DNA of 64,000 nucleotides from an uncultured Candidatus Saccharibacteria bacterium (GCA_965230915.1 OZ246395.1:12019-76018), one strand, 5' to 3'; shown: positions 19,465 through 31,300, counted from the first letter of the stretch. Notes: generated from the sequence alone by a model not told the origin. Program-made: numbers and translations.

Positions 19465-21696
19465 ATGGACAAAAATTACGATCATAAAATAAAAGAATCA
19501 GAAATGTACCAAATGTGGGAAGATAAAAAATCTTTTTCTCCTGAGGGTGCTGGAAAGTTGCGCCAGTCGAACGGCCAGCCCTACTCTATTTTGATGCCTC
19601 CACCTAACGCAAACGCTGCTTTGCACTGCGGACATGCAACTTATTCGATACAAGATCTAATGGTTCGATTTAAACGAATGCAGGGCTTTGATGCTTTATA
19701 TTTGCCAGGAACCGACCATGCAGGCTTTGAAACCCAAGTTGTTTACGAACGAAATCTTAAAAAAGAAGGTAAAAGCCGTTTTGATTTTGATCGTGAAACC
19801 TTCTTTAATGATGTTTTAAATTTCGTTAAAGAAAATTCAAATGTCGCTACAAATCAGCTAAAAAAGATTGGTATGTCAGCTGATTGGGACCGAAATACCT
19901 TTATGCTCGATAAGAAAGTTATCGATATCGTATATGACACATTCATGAAATTGGTTAATGATGGTTTGGTTTATCGCGATGGATATATGGTTAATTATTC
20001 GACCTTCCATGGAACTACCTTCTCTGATTTAGAGACCGAATATAAAGATTCGATTTCACCTTTGTACTATGTGAAGTACAAATTGGCTGACGGCGACGGA
20101 TTTTTAACTATTGCCACAGTTCGACCTGAAACAATCTATGCTGATGTTGCGATTGCTGTTAATCCAAAAGACTCTAAATATGAAAAATTCGTCGGAAAGA
20201 AAGTTCTGAATCCATTAAATGGCCGCGAAATGATTGTTATAGCCGATGACTATGTTGATATGGAATTTGGAACCGGAGCTCTAAAAATTACACCGGGACA
20301 TGATTTTAATGATTATCAGATTGGTAAAAAACATAATCTCGAGATTATCTCTTTGATCAATTTAGATGGAAAAATGAATGCCAATGCAGGGGAAGTTGAA
20401 GGTATGTATCCGAAACAGGCTCGCATTAAGACCTCAGAAATCTTAAAAGAAAAAAATGCATTAGAAAAGGTTGATGAGAATTATGCGAACCGCGTTTTGG
20501 TTGATTACAAAGACCAAATGCCGATTGAGCCGATGCTTTTGCCTAATTGGTTTATAAATACCGATAAATTAATGGAGGCTGTTATTAAAGCTGTTGAGGA
20601 CGAAAGAGTTAAATTTAATTTACCGGAATGGAAACGCGATATTTTAAGATGGATTACCGAAAAGAAACCCTGGCCAATTAGTCGCCAAACTGTTTTTGGA
20701 ATAAGAATTCCAGCATGGTATGAGGTTACCAAAGAAGTTAACCCAGATATTCAGGTAACTTTTATTGCTAACGGTGAATATAAAACGGGAAATGTTTATG
20801 AATTGCTTGGTCAGTATTCACTAGACGAAATCAAATCTGGTCTTCAAAAAGTCATTGCCCCTGCAAATTCAAAATTTGTAATTCAGCTCGAAGCACCAGG
20901 TGAAAATTATCTACAAGAAACCGACACATTTGATACTTGGTTTAGTTCTGGTCAGTGGCCAATGACAACGCTGAATTATCCAAATAGCGAAGAATTTAAG
21001 AAGTATTATCCGACTGATCTTTTAGATTCGGGCTACGATATTATGTTCTTTTGGATTGCTCGAATGATTATGTTTGGGCTTTATTTAGCTGAGGAAGTTC
21101 CATTTAAGATGGTTTACTTTCATGGAATGGTTACCGATAAGTCAGGTCAAAAAATGAGTAAGAGCAAAGGAAATGTTATTAATCCGATGGAATTTGTTGA
21201 AAAATACGGGGCTGATGCCTTAAGAATGGGAATAATCGTTGGAGGAAATACCGAGGCACGGTTTACACCACTAGACGAAGACAAAGTTCGTGGATATATG
21301 CACTTTTCAAATAAGATTTGGAATATCGCCCGCTTTATTGAAATGAAAGGTTCTTCGAAAGAGTTGGATTTAAATAATCTGCAGCCTGAAGACAAACAGA
21401 TTTTAGAAGACTTAAACAAACTAACACGCGATGTTACTGAATATTTGGACGGATTAAAATTCAAATTTGCAGGTGAAGCAATCTACGAATTTATCTGGGA
21501 AAAGTTGGCCAACACATATTTAGAAGCAATAAAAGACCGAACCGATGATCAGGCTTTGGCTGTTTTAAACCATGCATTCTTAACTTCGCTAAAGCTGCTG
21601 CATCCGTTTATGCCGTTTATAACTGAAACTGTTTGGCAGGAACTTAAACCTCAAAATGAAGCTGAGATGATTATTGTTTCGAAGTGGCCTAGTTAA
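19465..21696 (+). CDS. valS: valine--tRNA ligase (compact form)
   Basis: PPPNANAALHCGHA (HIGH-type), LPGTDHAGFETQ, KMSKSKGNVI; 743 aa, lacking the C-terminal coiled coil. Confidence 0.82.
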   Translation: MDKNYDHKIKESEMYQMWEDKKSFSPEGAGKLRQSNGQPYSILMPPPNANAALHCGHATYSIQDLMVRFKRMQGFDALYLPGTDHAGFETQVVYERNLKKEGKSRFDFDRETFFNDVLNFVKENSNVATNQLKKIGMSADWDRNTFMLDKKVIDIVYDTFMKLVNDGLVYRDGYMVNYSTFHGTTFSDLETEYKDSISPLYYVKYKLADGDGFLTIATVRPETIYADVAIAVNPKDSKYEKFVGKKVLNPLNGREMIVIADDYVDMEFGTGALKITPGHDFNDYQIGKKHNLEIISLINLDGKMNANAGEVEGMYPKQARIKTSEILKEKNALEKVDENYANRVLVDYKDQMPIEPMLLPNWFINTDKLMEAVIKAVEDERVKFNLPEWKRDILRWITEKKPWPISRQTVFGIRIPAWYEVTKEVNPDIQVTFIANGEYKTGNVYELLGQYSLDEIKSGLQKVIAPANSKFVIQLEAPGENYLQETDTFDTWFSSGQWPMTTLNYPNSEEFKKYYPTDLLDSGYDIMFFWIARMIMFGLYLAEEVPFKMVYFHGMVTDKSGQKMSKSKGNVINPMEFVEKYGADALRMGIIVGGNTEARFTPLDEDKVRGYMHFSNKIWNIARFIEMKGSSKELDLNNLQPEDKQILEDLNKLTRDVTEYLDGLKFKFAGEAIYEFIWEKLANTYLEAIKDRTDDQALAVLNHAFLTSLKLLHPFMPFITETVWQELKPQNEAEMIIVSKWPS

Positions 21697-21702
21697 ATTA
21701 AT

Positions 21703-22290
21703 ATGTTTATCCAATCAGTCCCACAATACGTAGAATGGTTTTTGATTCTATATCCATTTATTTACCTTTGTTGGAGCTTTATTATAAGAAATAAAAAGAC
21801 TTTTTTATTGTACGTAATATTTGATTTAATCGCGATCTTATATCTATGGATTTTATATGGAGTAATAGTAACTAATGATTGGAAAGTCACTTCAGATGGA
21901 ACTTTCCGAGGCGCAATAAATTTATTATCGAATAAGAATTATAAAGACTTCTTTGAAAGATATTTGGAGTTACTCGCTTTTTTCGTTGTATACATAAGTC
22001 TTGGGGTTAGGCTTCTAACAAAAATACTAAAATTTGTTCGAAAAGACCTTTTCAAAATCCTTGTACTTTCCTTTATTTGTATTTTGTTCTTAATTGTATT
22101 TGGGTTTACAACGAGTTCAATCAGGGTGGACTTTGGCTTATGGACAGAGGCGCTTATATTCAGACCTGAGAATTGGGATAGCCTTTTGTATTTTATTGTG
22201 AGTTTCCTATTTTTACCTGAAGCTATTATTTTCTTAATTATGTTGTTTAATCTTCGTAAGTCGAAAAAACAAAAAATAAATGGAAACTAA
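21703..22290 (+). CDS. polytopic membrane protein, hypothetical
   Basis: 5-6 TM helices. Confidence 0.4.
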   Translation: MFIQSVPQYVEWFLILYPFIYLCWSFIIRNKKTFLLYVIFDLIAILYLWILYGVIVTNDWKVTSDGTFRGAINLLSNKNYKDFFERYLELLAFFVVYISLGVRLLTKILKFVRKDLFKILVLSFICILFLIVFGFTTSSIRVDFGLWTEALIFRPENWDSLLYFIVSFLFLPEAIIFLIMLFNLRKSKKQKINGN

Positions 22291-22834
22291 CTTCGCCTCT
22301 CGCGCTGGAGAAAAACTCCAATTCGCACTAGATCAATTTCAAATTTCCGTAAAAGACAAAATTTGTGCTGATTTGGGTTCAAGCACTGGCGGATTCGTCA
22401 GCTGCTTACTTCTAAATGGAGCAGCAAAAGTTTACTCGGTCGATACTTCGTATGGAGAACTCGCCTGGACTCTGCGCAACGACGAACGTGTTGTTGTAAT
22501 GGAACGGGCCAACGCACTTCATGTTGAGTTACCGGAAAAAGTAGATTTTATTTCGATTGATGTCGGGTGGACTCCACAAGCTCTTATACTCCCCCATGCG
22601 CTTTCGCTATTAAAAAACGACTCGTATATTATTTCGTTAATCAAACCACATTACGAGGCGGATAAACGTCTTATACGCAAAGGTAAATTGCCCGACGAAA
22701 ATATTGAAGAGGTTTTGGATCAGATGAAAAATAAATTGGCCGAACTTGATATTAAATTTGAGAAAATTGTTGAATCCCCTATTGTTGGTAAACGTGGTGG
22801 AAATCGAGAGTTTTTAGGACTTATTCGGATTTAG
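22280..22834 (+). CDS. tlyA: TlyA-family rRNA 2'-O-methyltransferase (no S4 domain)
   Basis: SRAGEKLQFAL..F.I.V.DKICADLGSSTGGF ... DERVVVMER matches the TlyA/FtsJ-like SAM-MTase. Confidence 0.8.
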   Translation: METNFASRAGEKLQFALDQFQISVKDKICADLGSSTGGFVSCLLLNGAAKVYSVDTSYGELAWTLRNDERVVVMERANALHVELPEKVDFISIDVGWTPQALILPHALSLLKNDSYIISLIKPHYEADKRLIRKGKLPDENIEEVLDQMKNKLAELDIKFEKIVESPIVGKRGGNREFLGLIRI

Positions 22835-23519
22835 TTTCAGAAGAGTCTTCACCTTCTTTAGCAGATTCTCTTTCGGCAGCTTTTTCTTCTGAAATTACTC
22901 CGACTTCTGATACGTCTCCTGTAGCTTCTTCTGCTGGAGCTTCGATCTGTTGAGCGAAGTCTAATTTAAGGACGATTTCTTCTGGGTCTAAATCAATTTG
23001 GATTTTTTCTTCATCAACTTTGATAGCCTGCTTTAAGGTTAAAACATCTCCAACTTCTTTTAGTTGAAGGGCGTCTACTTCAAAAGCTTTTGGAAGATCT
23101 TTTGGAAGACAGGTTACTTCAATTTCAGAAATAATGGTGATAATGATACCTTCGTTAGATTTAACTTTTGGATGCTCGTCAGCATTAATAACTTCGACCG
23201 GAATAGCAGCTGTAATTTCTTGCTTCATGTCGACTTCGAAGAATGAAACGTGGATTGGTTCCATTGATAATGGGTGAATTTGAACGTCTGAAATAAGAAC
23301 GTTTTTTTCGCCATCGCCGCTTAATTTAAGTGTGACCAGCGATGATTCGCCCGCCTCTGCAAAGACTTTTGAGAAATCAGCCATATTTACAGAAACTGGT
23401 ACAGTTTCTTCTTTTCCTTGTGAAGACTTCTTTGAAAAGATAATCCCTGGGATAACCCCTTCTCTTCTGAGGACTTTTGATTTTTTATTTAATTCTCTTT
23501 CTTTTGCAAGTATTTCCAT
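22821..23519 (-). CDS. rplY: 50S ribosomal protein L25 / general stress protein Ctc, with acidic C-terminal tail
   Basis: L25 N-domain (RREGVIPGIIF... ), Ctc-type second domain, Glu/Ser-rich tail. Confidence 0.85.
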   Translation of the reverse strand: MEILAKERELNKKSKVLRREGVIPGIIFSKKSSQGKEETVPVSVNMADFSKVFAEAGESSLVTLKLSGDGEKNVLISDVQIHPLSMEPIHVSFFEVDMKQEITAAIPVEVINADEHPKVKSNEGIIITIISEIEVTCLPKDLPKAFEVDALQLKEVGDVLTLKQAIKVDEEKIQIDLDPEEIVLKLDFAQQIEAPAEEATGDVSEVGVISEEKAAERESAKEGEDSSETKSE

Positions 23520-23710
23520 AATGATTTGGGCTCGGTTTTAAGCAATTTTTTAAGCTTTTTTATCTCGATATATTCTATATTTACTGATAAACCCTCTTTT
23601 TTTTGGGTTTTAGCTGTCGAATCTATAGATTTTTTGGTTCTATTTGTATTAGTCATAGTGTCTATAGTCGAGAAATTAACTGCCCTAGTGTAACACTAAA
23701 TAATGCTTAT

Positions 23711-26545
23711 TTAAAGAGGAAATTTGAGTTCTTTATCGGTGTCAAACAAGAGGTTGGTGTTCGACTCAGTTTTACCCTCTAGTTTGATGCTAAGAGGAGA
23801 AACCTCTGATCCTGGCTGTTTTTGAAGGGTTATGTCCATATAGTTGTCTTTATAGACTTTTTGAGGGGATCCATATTCGATTCGCAAAACCACGTTCTCT
23901 TTCGTAGGGATATAAAGATCGGTTTCGTACATAACCTTGGTGCCATATTTAGAGACTTTTATTGATCTGGCGATGTTCTTTTCTCCAGTTTCGGCAATAA
24001 TGGTGGCTGTATTTATGAGGGTGTCTCCTGGGGCGATCATTATTATGTGGTCTAAATAGTCAGAATCGCCATTGTTTGTGTACTTAATCTCTATTGTCCT
24101 TATATAGCCGTCATTTTCGGTTGGCAGGACTCCCTCGTAGGTTATTTCTGATGTGATCTTTTCGCTTGGGATATCGGTAAGGTTGTTGTTACCAAAGAAT
24201 AAGAAATCATCGCTATCTGAGCCTTTTAAGGTACCTCCCCAATTGTTTTCTATGATACTGCTATAGACACTTTCATCAGTATGATAAATCATCATATCTC
24301 GAGAATTTAGGGCAGAATAAATCATTGGTTCTAGGGTTTGGAACGAATCAGGATTACTTCTAAAGGTGTCAAAAATATATGAGAAAACGTCTTTTATAAC
24401 GTCAGCCTTTTGGTTTTTGGTTAAGGAACTCGTAAAGTTTTGTTCATTAATTACTTTGTCATTCACTCTTATTTCGCCAAGTGTTTTTATGAAGGTTTTT
24501 AATAAGTTTGTATCTACTGCTATTACTCCATTAATTTTTTCTTTTCCTAGATACGAATAGAGATTTATTGCGGTTTCGGAAGCATTTCTAAAGTCTGGAT
24601 CCCAGGTTACATCTTCCATTCGAAGAAAATCCTGGCTTGTTAAAGCTTGAATTGGCTCTGGAGCTGGAATTTGACCATTTAAGTCTATTTGCTGATGGGC
24701 GTCAGAAGATTTTTCTAACTTTTCGATTGAGAATTTACCGTTTTCAGCTTTTAAAAGCCCGTAAACTTCAACCTGGCCTCCAGACGATCTGGCTATATTT
24801 AGGTTTTGAACTAAAAGCAAATAAATCTGTGGGTTTTTGTATCCTAATAAATCGCCCAGTGCCGGCTCGATAGCGCGAATTTTTTCTAACTTATCTTTAT
24901 TTTTATTTAATGAATTTAAACTTTCGTTTATTAGTCCGCGAATATACGAATTTCTGGTTTCGAGTGTTTCGAAATTATTCTCTATCTTTTCAATTTTTTC
25001 TAAAGATTTATCGATATATTCCGGAGACGCAACGGTACTTGCACCTAAAACATCTGAATCTGAATTTAGCGCGATTTCATGTGAGTCTAAGTTTTTGAAT
25101 GTTGCGTAAAGGTCGACTCCCGATAGGTAATTTATTGCAAGCGAAATTTCTTTTGCGGTTTCTATTGCTAAATGTTGATCTTTATCAGAAATTCCAATTC
25201 GTTCCGCAATAAAGCCAACAGGTGCCGGAATGGTTTCTAGTTTATTAAAGTATGTGCTGGCTTTTTCACTATTGTTATATGCAGATGTTAAGTCGGTTGT
25301 TTGGATATTATTTGAAGCTTTTTTAAGATAAATAACTCCTGCACTAGCGTTATACGCGAACATCAAAGATGGAAGGCTTAGTGCAACTATTAGGCAAGCA
25401 ACTAAAGCCACAATTGCTTTTCGAGGCTTTTTACTTGAGGCTTTTTTAGATTTGACCGATTTAGTTTGTCCGACTTTAACTTCCGGAATTACCTCAACAT
25501 AATCATAATCATTGTCGGAGTCTTCGAGTTCTTTTTCTTCGATAACATCTTCTGATTGCCGGTTTTCTTCATCGTTAAATTCATAGTCGTTATAGTCTTG
25601 GTCTAAATCTCTTTTTCTAGATTCCGGATCGAATGGGTCGTAAGGTTCGGTTGGTTCTTCGTAATCACGATCAAAAGATTTGTATGAAAGCGGTGAGGTG
25701 TCTGTAAATGAATCATCTTTTGCTAGTTCTAAGCTTTCGTCATTTAATTCATCTTCTGCACCATCGACCATCGGGATTCCATTGTAGTCACACAAATCTT
25801 CTATACCTGCTTTAAGCTCAACTTCAGGCCACCAGTTTTCGGGATAATTTATTTCTGCATCTGGCAGTGGAGTCGACAGGTTTTCTTCATGCGTATAACT
25901 TATTTCCAAATCAAAATCTGTGAGTTCTTTTATAAAGTGAGCAAGCTCAATTTCCGTGATTGGATCTTCAGGGTAAAGTGTATAGTGTTTTGATTTTGAA
26001 GATGGATCATTAAGGGTTTTTATAATTTGTTTGAGTCCGCTTTTAAAATCTTTTTGGTGTAAAAGATAGTGTTCGTTTTCATCAGAGTCGACAGTTAAAA
26101 TGTTTGAACCGGAAGTAACCGATGTTATAAATTCTTCTAATTTTTGATCTGTGTTGATTTCGGGACCGTAAATATCTTCGATATGAACAGTTGCAAATTT
26201 GACTCCAACTTTAGTGCAGTAAGATTTAATTAAATCGATCGCTGTAACAATTGTGCTTTCTGGATGGGTTTCTTCCCTTTCGCGGTATACAAAAATATAT
26301 GGAGAATTAACTTTTTTTGCTAAATCAATTAATTCTTTAATTTCAATTGTGTTATGAATTAAATCACTAGATTCATCAAGTAAATTTTCCGCATTGCTTA
26401 CATCTAAAACGGCATGAATATCTTTAGGGTCATCTAATGAATTAATTTTTTGTGTAATGTCGATTGTTAAGAGTCCAGATTCACCAAAAGCAGTGTGTAA
26501 ATAGGTGCTTATTTTATTGTTGCCGTATATTAAGATTGTGTTCAT
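23711..26545 (-). CDS. large bitopic membrane protein: degenerate N-terminal Rossmann/epimerase-like cytoplasmic domain, acidic linker, one TM, and an extracytoplasmic domain of about 550 aa
   Basis: MNTILIYGNNKIS... Rossmann-like without an intact GxxGxxG; acidic D/E/Y-rich segment; TM AIVALVACLIVALSLPSLMFAY; large hydrophilic C-terminal region. Confidence 0.45.
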   Translation of the reverse strand: MNTILIYGNNKISTYLHTAFGESGLLTIDITQKINSLDDPKDIHAVLDVSNAENLLDESSDLIHNTIEIKELIDLAKKVNSPYIFVYREREETHPESTIVTAIDLIKSYCTKVGVKFATVHIEDIYGPEINTDQKLEEFITSVTSGSNILTVDSDENEHYLLHQKDFKSGLKQIIKTLNDPSSKSKHYTLYPEDPITEIELAHFIKELTDFDLEISYTHEENLSTPLPDAEINYPENWWPEVELKAGIEDLCDYNGIPMVDGAEDELNDESLELAKDDSFTDTSPLSYKSFDRDYEEPTEPYDPFDPESRKRDLDQDYNDYEFNDEENRQSEDVIEEKELEDSDNDYDYVEVIPEVKVGQTKSVKSKKASSKKPRKAIVALVACLIVALSLPSLMFAYNASAGVIYLKKASNNIQTTDLTSAYNNSEKASTYFNKLETIPAPVGFIAERIGISDKDQHLAIETAKEISLAINYLSGVDLYATFKNLDSHEIALNSDSDVLGASTVASPEYIDKSLEKIEKIENNFETLETRNSYIRGLINESLNSLNKNKDKLEKIRAIEPALGDLLGYKNPQIYLLLVQNLNIARSSGGQVEVYGLLKAENGKFSIEKLEKSSDAHQQIDLNGQIPAPEPIQALTSQDFLRMEDVTWDPDFRNASETAINLYSYLGKEKINGVIAVDTNLLKTFIKTLGEIRVNDKVINEQNFTSSLTKNQKADVIKDVFSYIFDTFRSNPDSFQTLEPMIYSALNSRDMMIYHTDESVYSSIIENNWGGTLKGSDSDDFLFFGNNNLTDIPSEKITSEITYEGVLPTENDGYIRTIEIKYTNNGDSDYLDHIIMIAPGDTLINTATIIAETGEKNIARSIKVSKYGTKVMYETDLYIPTKENVVLRIEYGSPQKVYKDNYMDITLQKQPGSEVSPLSIKLEGKTESNTNLLFDTDKELKFPL

Positions 26546-26575
26546 CGGGCAGACTTCAAGTCAAAAACAATAGAC

Positions 26576-27247
26576 TTGGTGACAAGCTACAAAGAGTTTA
26601 TCAAATTTGGTGACTCTAATGTTAAAATGACTTCTATGTTAAAACCTATGTTTTTTAGCGGCCACAAGCACACTTTTTATATTAACTTGATTATTTGGTC
26701 TTTGGTTATTTCTTTGGTTGTTTTACTTACCAGTTTTGTGTTTCCAAAATATTACAGAGCATACAATACTTATTACTTTGACGCGCAATATACGACTAAT
26801 GATTCAGTAATTGATTTTTCACCTCAACAATTAGCCGAAAAAACTTCTGAGAATGTTAAAGGAATTATAGAAAGTCCTAATTTTTTAGGTCGAGTTTTAG
26901 AAAATGCCGGTTACGAAAACACTACTAAATCTCGTGAAAAATTGAGCAAGAAGATATCTGTTAAAAAAGTCGGGCCTCAAGTTTTATATGTAGAAATTAA
27001 TGGATACCGCAACTTTGAGACACTAGAAAAAACCATAAGTTCATTAACGCAGGTTTTGGGTACTGAGGTTTCAGCAATAAATAGTAATGGAAATATTATG
27101 GTAGCGTTTAATGAGGTTAATGAAAAGCCAAACGTCGAAGAAGTTCAGATTTACCCGTGGCTAAATGCCGGAATCGCCTTATTGCTTGTAATAATTTTGG
27201 GAGTTTCTTTGAATGAGTTTAAAAAGTATATTGAAAAAGATGGATAA
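26576..27247 (+). CDS. two-TM protein with periplasmic loop (Wzz-like topology), hypothetical
   Basis: TM near the N-terminus and TM at the C-terminus flanking a domain of about 150 aa; ATGGATAA overlap with the downstream RNase H. Confidence 0.35.
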   Translation: MVTSYKEFIKFGDSNVKMTSMLKPMFFSGHKHTFYINLIIWSLVISLVVLLTSFVFPKYYRAYNTYYFDAQYTTNDSVIDFSPQQLAEKTSENVKGIIESPNFLGRVLENAGYENTTKSREKLSKKISVKKVGPQVLYVEINGYRNFETLEKTISSLTQVLGTEVSAINSNGNIMVAFNEVNEKPNVEEVQIYPWLNAGIALLLVIILGVSLNEFKKYIEKDG

Positions 27248-27641
27248 GCTAATAATAAATACAGACGGAGGAGCAAGGGGTAATCCCGGGCCAGCCGCTA
27301 TTGGTATAACTTTAAGATCTGAATCAGGTGAAACAATTTTAAAGTATAAAGAAAAAATTGGTGAAACTACAAACAACGTTGCAGAATACCGCGCCTTAAT
27401 AAAAGGATTAGAATTAGCATTAGAAAACAAGGCAAGCGATGTCGAATGTATTTTAGATAGCGAATTGGTTGTAAAACAAGTGAACGGATTGTACCGCGTA
27501 AAAGAAGAAAGTTTAAAAATCCTTCATTCTGAGGTTAGAAATTTGTTATCAAAATTTAATTCTCACATGGTAAAACATGTTAAGAGAAAGGATAATTCTG
27601 CCGCAGATAAGCTTGTAAACGAAGCTCTCGACAACATTTAA
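27240..27641 (+). CDS. rnhA: ribonuclease H (RNase HI-like)
   Basis: INTDGGARGNPGPAAIG...NNVAEYRALI..L (DEDD-type catalytic residues); start moved to the internal ATG at 27240. Confidence 0.7.
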   Translation: MDKLIINTDGGARGNPGPAAIGITLRSESGETILKYKEKIGETTNNVAEYRALIKGLELALENKASDVECILDSELVVKQVNGLYRVKEESLKILHSEVRNLLSKFNSHMVKHVKRKDNSAADKLVNEALDNI

Positions 27642-27642
27642 T

Positions 27643-28386
27643 ATGGAATCTGCTGCCATAAAAAACGATTTAATAAAAACCCTTAAGCTAATTAAGGCTG
27701 AAGAAATTCCGGTTTTAACCGAAGAAATTACAAGCTATTTTATTGCTTCAGATAAATCATCACAGCTTAATAAACCTTCGGTTCTAACTGCTTTAAATGA
27801 GTTACAACAAGAGAGAAAAGTTTTTTCCGAAGATGAATTTATAAGTTTTTCTGAAAGCTTTAAAGATAAAATAAAAGACAGGTTAGATTTAGAAGAGTCG
27901 ACGAGGGAAAAGTCTAAATATACAAAAAATCTATTTAAATTTTTAGAAAATTTACCATTTGTAAAATTTGTTGCGGCAAGCGGAAGTTCACCTTTTGGCC
28001 GAATTGCTAAAAACGAAAAAATAAAATTAATAGTAGTTGCAGATAAAGAAACCAGGCATTTATCAGAATTCTGTATAAAAAAATATTTACAGCTCAATCG
28101 GGCTTATAAAAACTTTGAAGTCGAAAAAGTTTTTGAAAGCGATAATCTTAAGTGGCATCGACCAGACGCTGAAAGCGCAATAAAACTTTTAAATATGATT
28201 GTGGTTATAAGTAAAAATAAAACCTACGAGAATTTTATGGCAACTAATAATTGGATCTTTGATATTTTTTCTAATTATCCACTAGAAAAAGTAAGCTGGG
28301 GATTCAGGGTTACAAAAAATATTGATATCAAAACTGCACCAATTTTTAAAACTTTAAACAAATTTTTGACGCCAAAAGCATTATAA
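27643..28386 (+). CDS. hypothetical cytoplasmic protein
   Basis: No recognisable motifs; convergent with the giant secreted-protein gene. Confidence 0.35.
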   Translation: MESAAIKNDLIKTLKLIKAEEIPVLTEEITSYFIASDKSSQLNKPSVLTALNELQQERKVFSEDEFISFSESFKDKIKDRLDLEESTREKSKYTKNLFKFLENLPFVKFVAASGSSPFGRIAKNEKIKLIVVADKETRHLSEFCIKKYLQLNRAYKNFEVEKVFESDNLKWHRPDAESAIKLLNMIVVISKNKTYENFMATNNWIFDIFSNYPLEKVSWGFRVTKNIDIKTAPIFKTLNKFLTPKAL

Positions 28387-31300
28387 ATCGTATTTCTCTC
28401 TGTAAGTTTTTTGCAGGTTTTCGACTTCTTCTTTAAATCCTTTTGGCATTTGGTCTATAGGTGTTTCCATCGTAAAGTTTCCTTTAGCAGAATATCTATT
28501 TAGGATTTCTTCGAGATCTGCTGCTATTTCTGCCTGAATAACTTCAGGATCAACTTTTGTCTTAACAGGGGTCATTACGGTTTGGGCGACCATTTGTGTC
28601 GGAGATTTTTCTTTTGTAATTGGTGCTGTGCCTTCGTTATCGCAAGTAGACGAAAGTTGTCCGCCTGTACAATATTGGCGTAATCCCATTTGGAATAATC
28701 CGTAGTCGCAATAACCGATATTTGCTCCCCATCGGCCTTCGGTGAATTCATCAGGTCGGCAGGATCCGTAATATCCTCTTAAAGCTCGCTTAACTGCATC
28801 GAAGTTAGATTCACTAATTGTTCCGTTTCTGTAGTCGACTCCAGCTTTTTGTTTTAGTACACGAGCAGCCAATGTTGGCGCGACTTGAGGATTGCATCGT
28901 CCATCTTTTCGATATTCGCTTTGTGGTGTTCCCGCTGCCCATCTTTGAATGTTCCAATTCTTTTGTTCTGTAGGGTCTGTTATATCGAAGACTGTGTCGT
29001 CAGTAATTTGGAACGGACCAGTTGCAGTTACGCTATTTCGTGAACATGAATTTAAGCTGCCGCCTCCTTCTATATCTAATATAACGGCGATAAGTCTTGC
29101 AGGAACGCCTGAATCTAATCCTACATTTTCGATTTGTTTTAATGTATCTCCACTAATATTGTTGCTACCCGGTGCAGAACTAAAGAAGTTTCCGCCGCCA
29201 CGGAGTGATGATAAGAATGGTTCGCACAACCCAATTGCCCGTGTAGGAAAGTCTGATGGAAGGCTTCCCGCTGCTTCGCTTAAACAATATTGTGCGGCCT
29301 GACTAAAGTGGTCGGTGTATTCGATGTACATACTTCTGGTATCGCTGCCGCTAATACTTAAATCAAGACAATCTTGCGGTCCACCAAGCCCAAATCTTGC
29401 CAACGCATTTGATAACGGGTTACTTCCGCAATTAGGTGTGGTATTGTTTCCACTCGCGTTAGATCCTGAAATACCTCCAAGTGAAAGTTTAAGTTCGAGC
29501 TCGTGTTTGCTAGGCTTTGGATCAAAATAAGAGTCGCTGACTCCCGGTACCTTATATAAACCCTGAAAAACCTGGAAGTCATAATTGCTTCTATTTTGGT
29601 TTAATTTACCCATAAAACGGCTTGGGACATATCCATATAAAAGATATTGGCGTTCACCAAATGTGCATGACCATTTTTCGTCTCCTTCATGATAGACCCC
29701 ATTTATATCTGTATAGCCTTCTTCTTCATCTTTTTCACAGTGATAGTTAAATAATTTGGCACCAGCTGCATAAAGACTTTTTATAAAGTCTGAAAATATA
29801 TTTCCTACAGAAATTGAAATATCCTCTTTATCTTCTATGTCCTTTGCTAATCTGAAAGTTTGATTTCCGGTTTGGCAGAATCCTTTTTCGCAATTTGGAT
29901 CATCTGTGACTTCTAATAAATCTTCGGCATCCATAGTTGCGCATTCTCCACCAGGAGCCCAAGTTTCACATTTTGTACAGTCGATTGGTGGAGGTGGTCT
30001 GTCGTCGACAATCCCACAAGCTCCTTCATTTGGACAGGTACATACTGGTCTTTGTGTACAGTTAGGATTGTCCGAATATGGAGCGCTACTATTTGTAATT
30101 TGGAAATGAACTTTAAGTTCCATTTTGTTTTCAGCAAGCTCACGTGGAGTTACAGGAATTGAACATCCTGGTAAAGTTTCAATCGGGACTCCATATTTTT
30201 CGCCATCATTACCGTTAGGGTTGTAAATTGGAAGACCAGCTGACTTATGTAGGTTCCCTCCATTTGGATTTCCACATGTACTGATTTGTGTTGATTGGCC
30301 GGTTGTTTTGTCGGTTACCCAATATTCAATATAGTAGCCCCAGTCGACAGGTTGAGGACACTCGGGTTGACCGTTCCATACTTTTACTGAAAACTGATTT
30401 TCTGCAGTTTTGTTTTCGATTAATATGTGAGCGCCTTGGCAATATGGCTGAGCTTCTTCATATGGAGGAGCTGCTTGAGCCTGTGCCTGTTTTGGATTTA
30501 CCGGATTTATATTATCGAGCGAATAAGAAGTTCCAATCTCTTCATCAGAATCTGTTGGGGTTTTTAGAACAACATCCGCAATATAACTTTGTGTATTTTT
30601 ATTTTGATCAGCATTTTGTTTTGCTAAAAGTTGTTGCTCTTGAGCATAATAGTCTTCTAATGATGTTGCTAATATAGTGCTTCTTCCGATTGGAACTGTG
30701 TCGCCGGGTTTTTTTACAACTGCAGCACTAAAATCCCATAGAACTTTGTCCATCGCCTGACGATCGGCTGGTTCTAAAAGTTTAATTTTATCTGCTTCAT
30801 TCATTGAAAATTTAATTAGATGTCCCATACCTATACAGGCTTCTGGTGGATCACCCGGACCACATTTTTCACCGCTTTTATCGTTCTTTAAACACTCTTC
30901 ACCTGTAGATGGATCGCAAACAGATGACTGCAAACATCCGATGAACGCCTGATTAAAAGCTAAATTATCAATTGTAGATTTGCGGCCTGGTTTAATTCCA
31001 TCTTGGCTGGGATAAACACGAGCCTGAAATGCTGCATAAGTCTCTGTTGTTCCTTGCTTTTCTGGTTGAGCCTGAATTTCAAGACCTCCTTGATATATAA
31101 ATCCTGGAATATGCGAAGTTATATAAAGAGGCAAAGATCTTGGCGTAATAGTACTGGGTTTATATTGAGCAATAGCCTTATTATTAATAAAGTCATCATT
31201 TGTAGCTGCCAATGAACCGATATATTTTTGCGTCATTGTACTAAAATCGGTGCTCCAATATTTAGTAGGGGCTATAACAATTCTTTCAGTTACAACCGCG

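Noticed and set aside
22821-23100. Acidic Glu/Ser-rich C-terminal tail of L25 as a possible separate feature
   Set aside because: Ctc-type L25 proteins commonly carry acidic C-terminal extensions; not unusual
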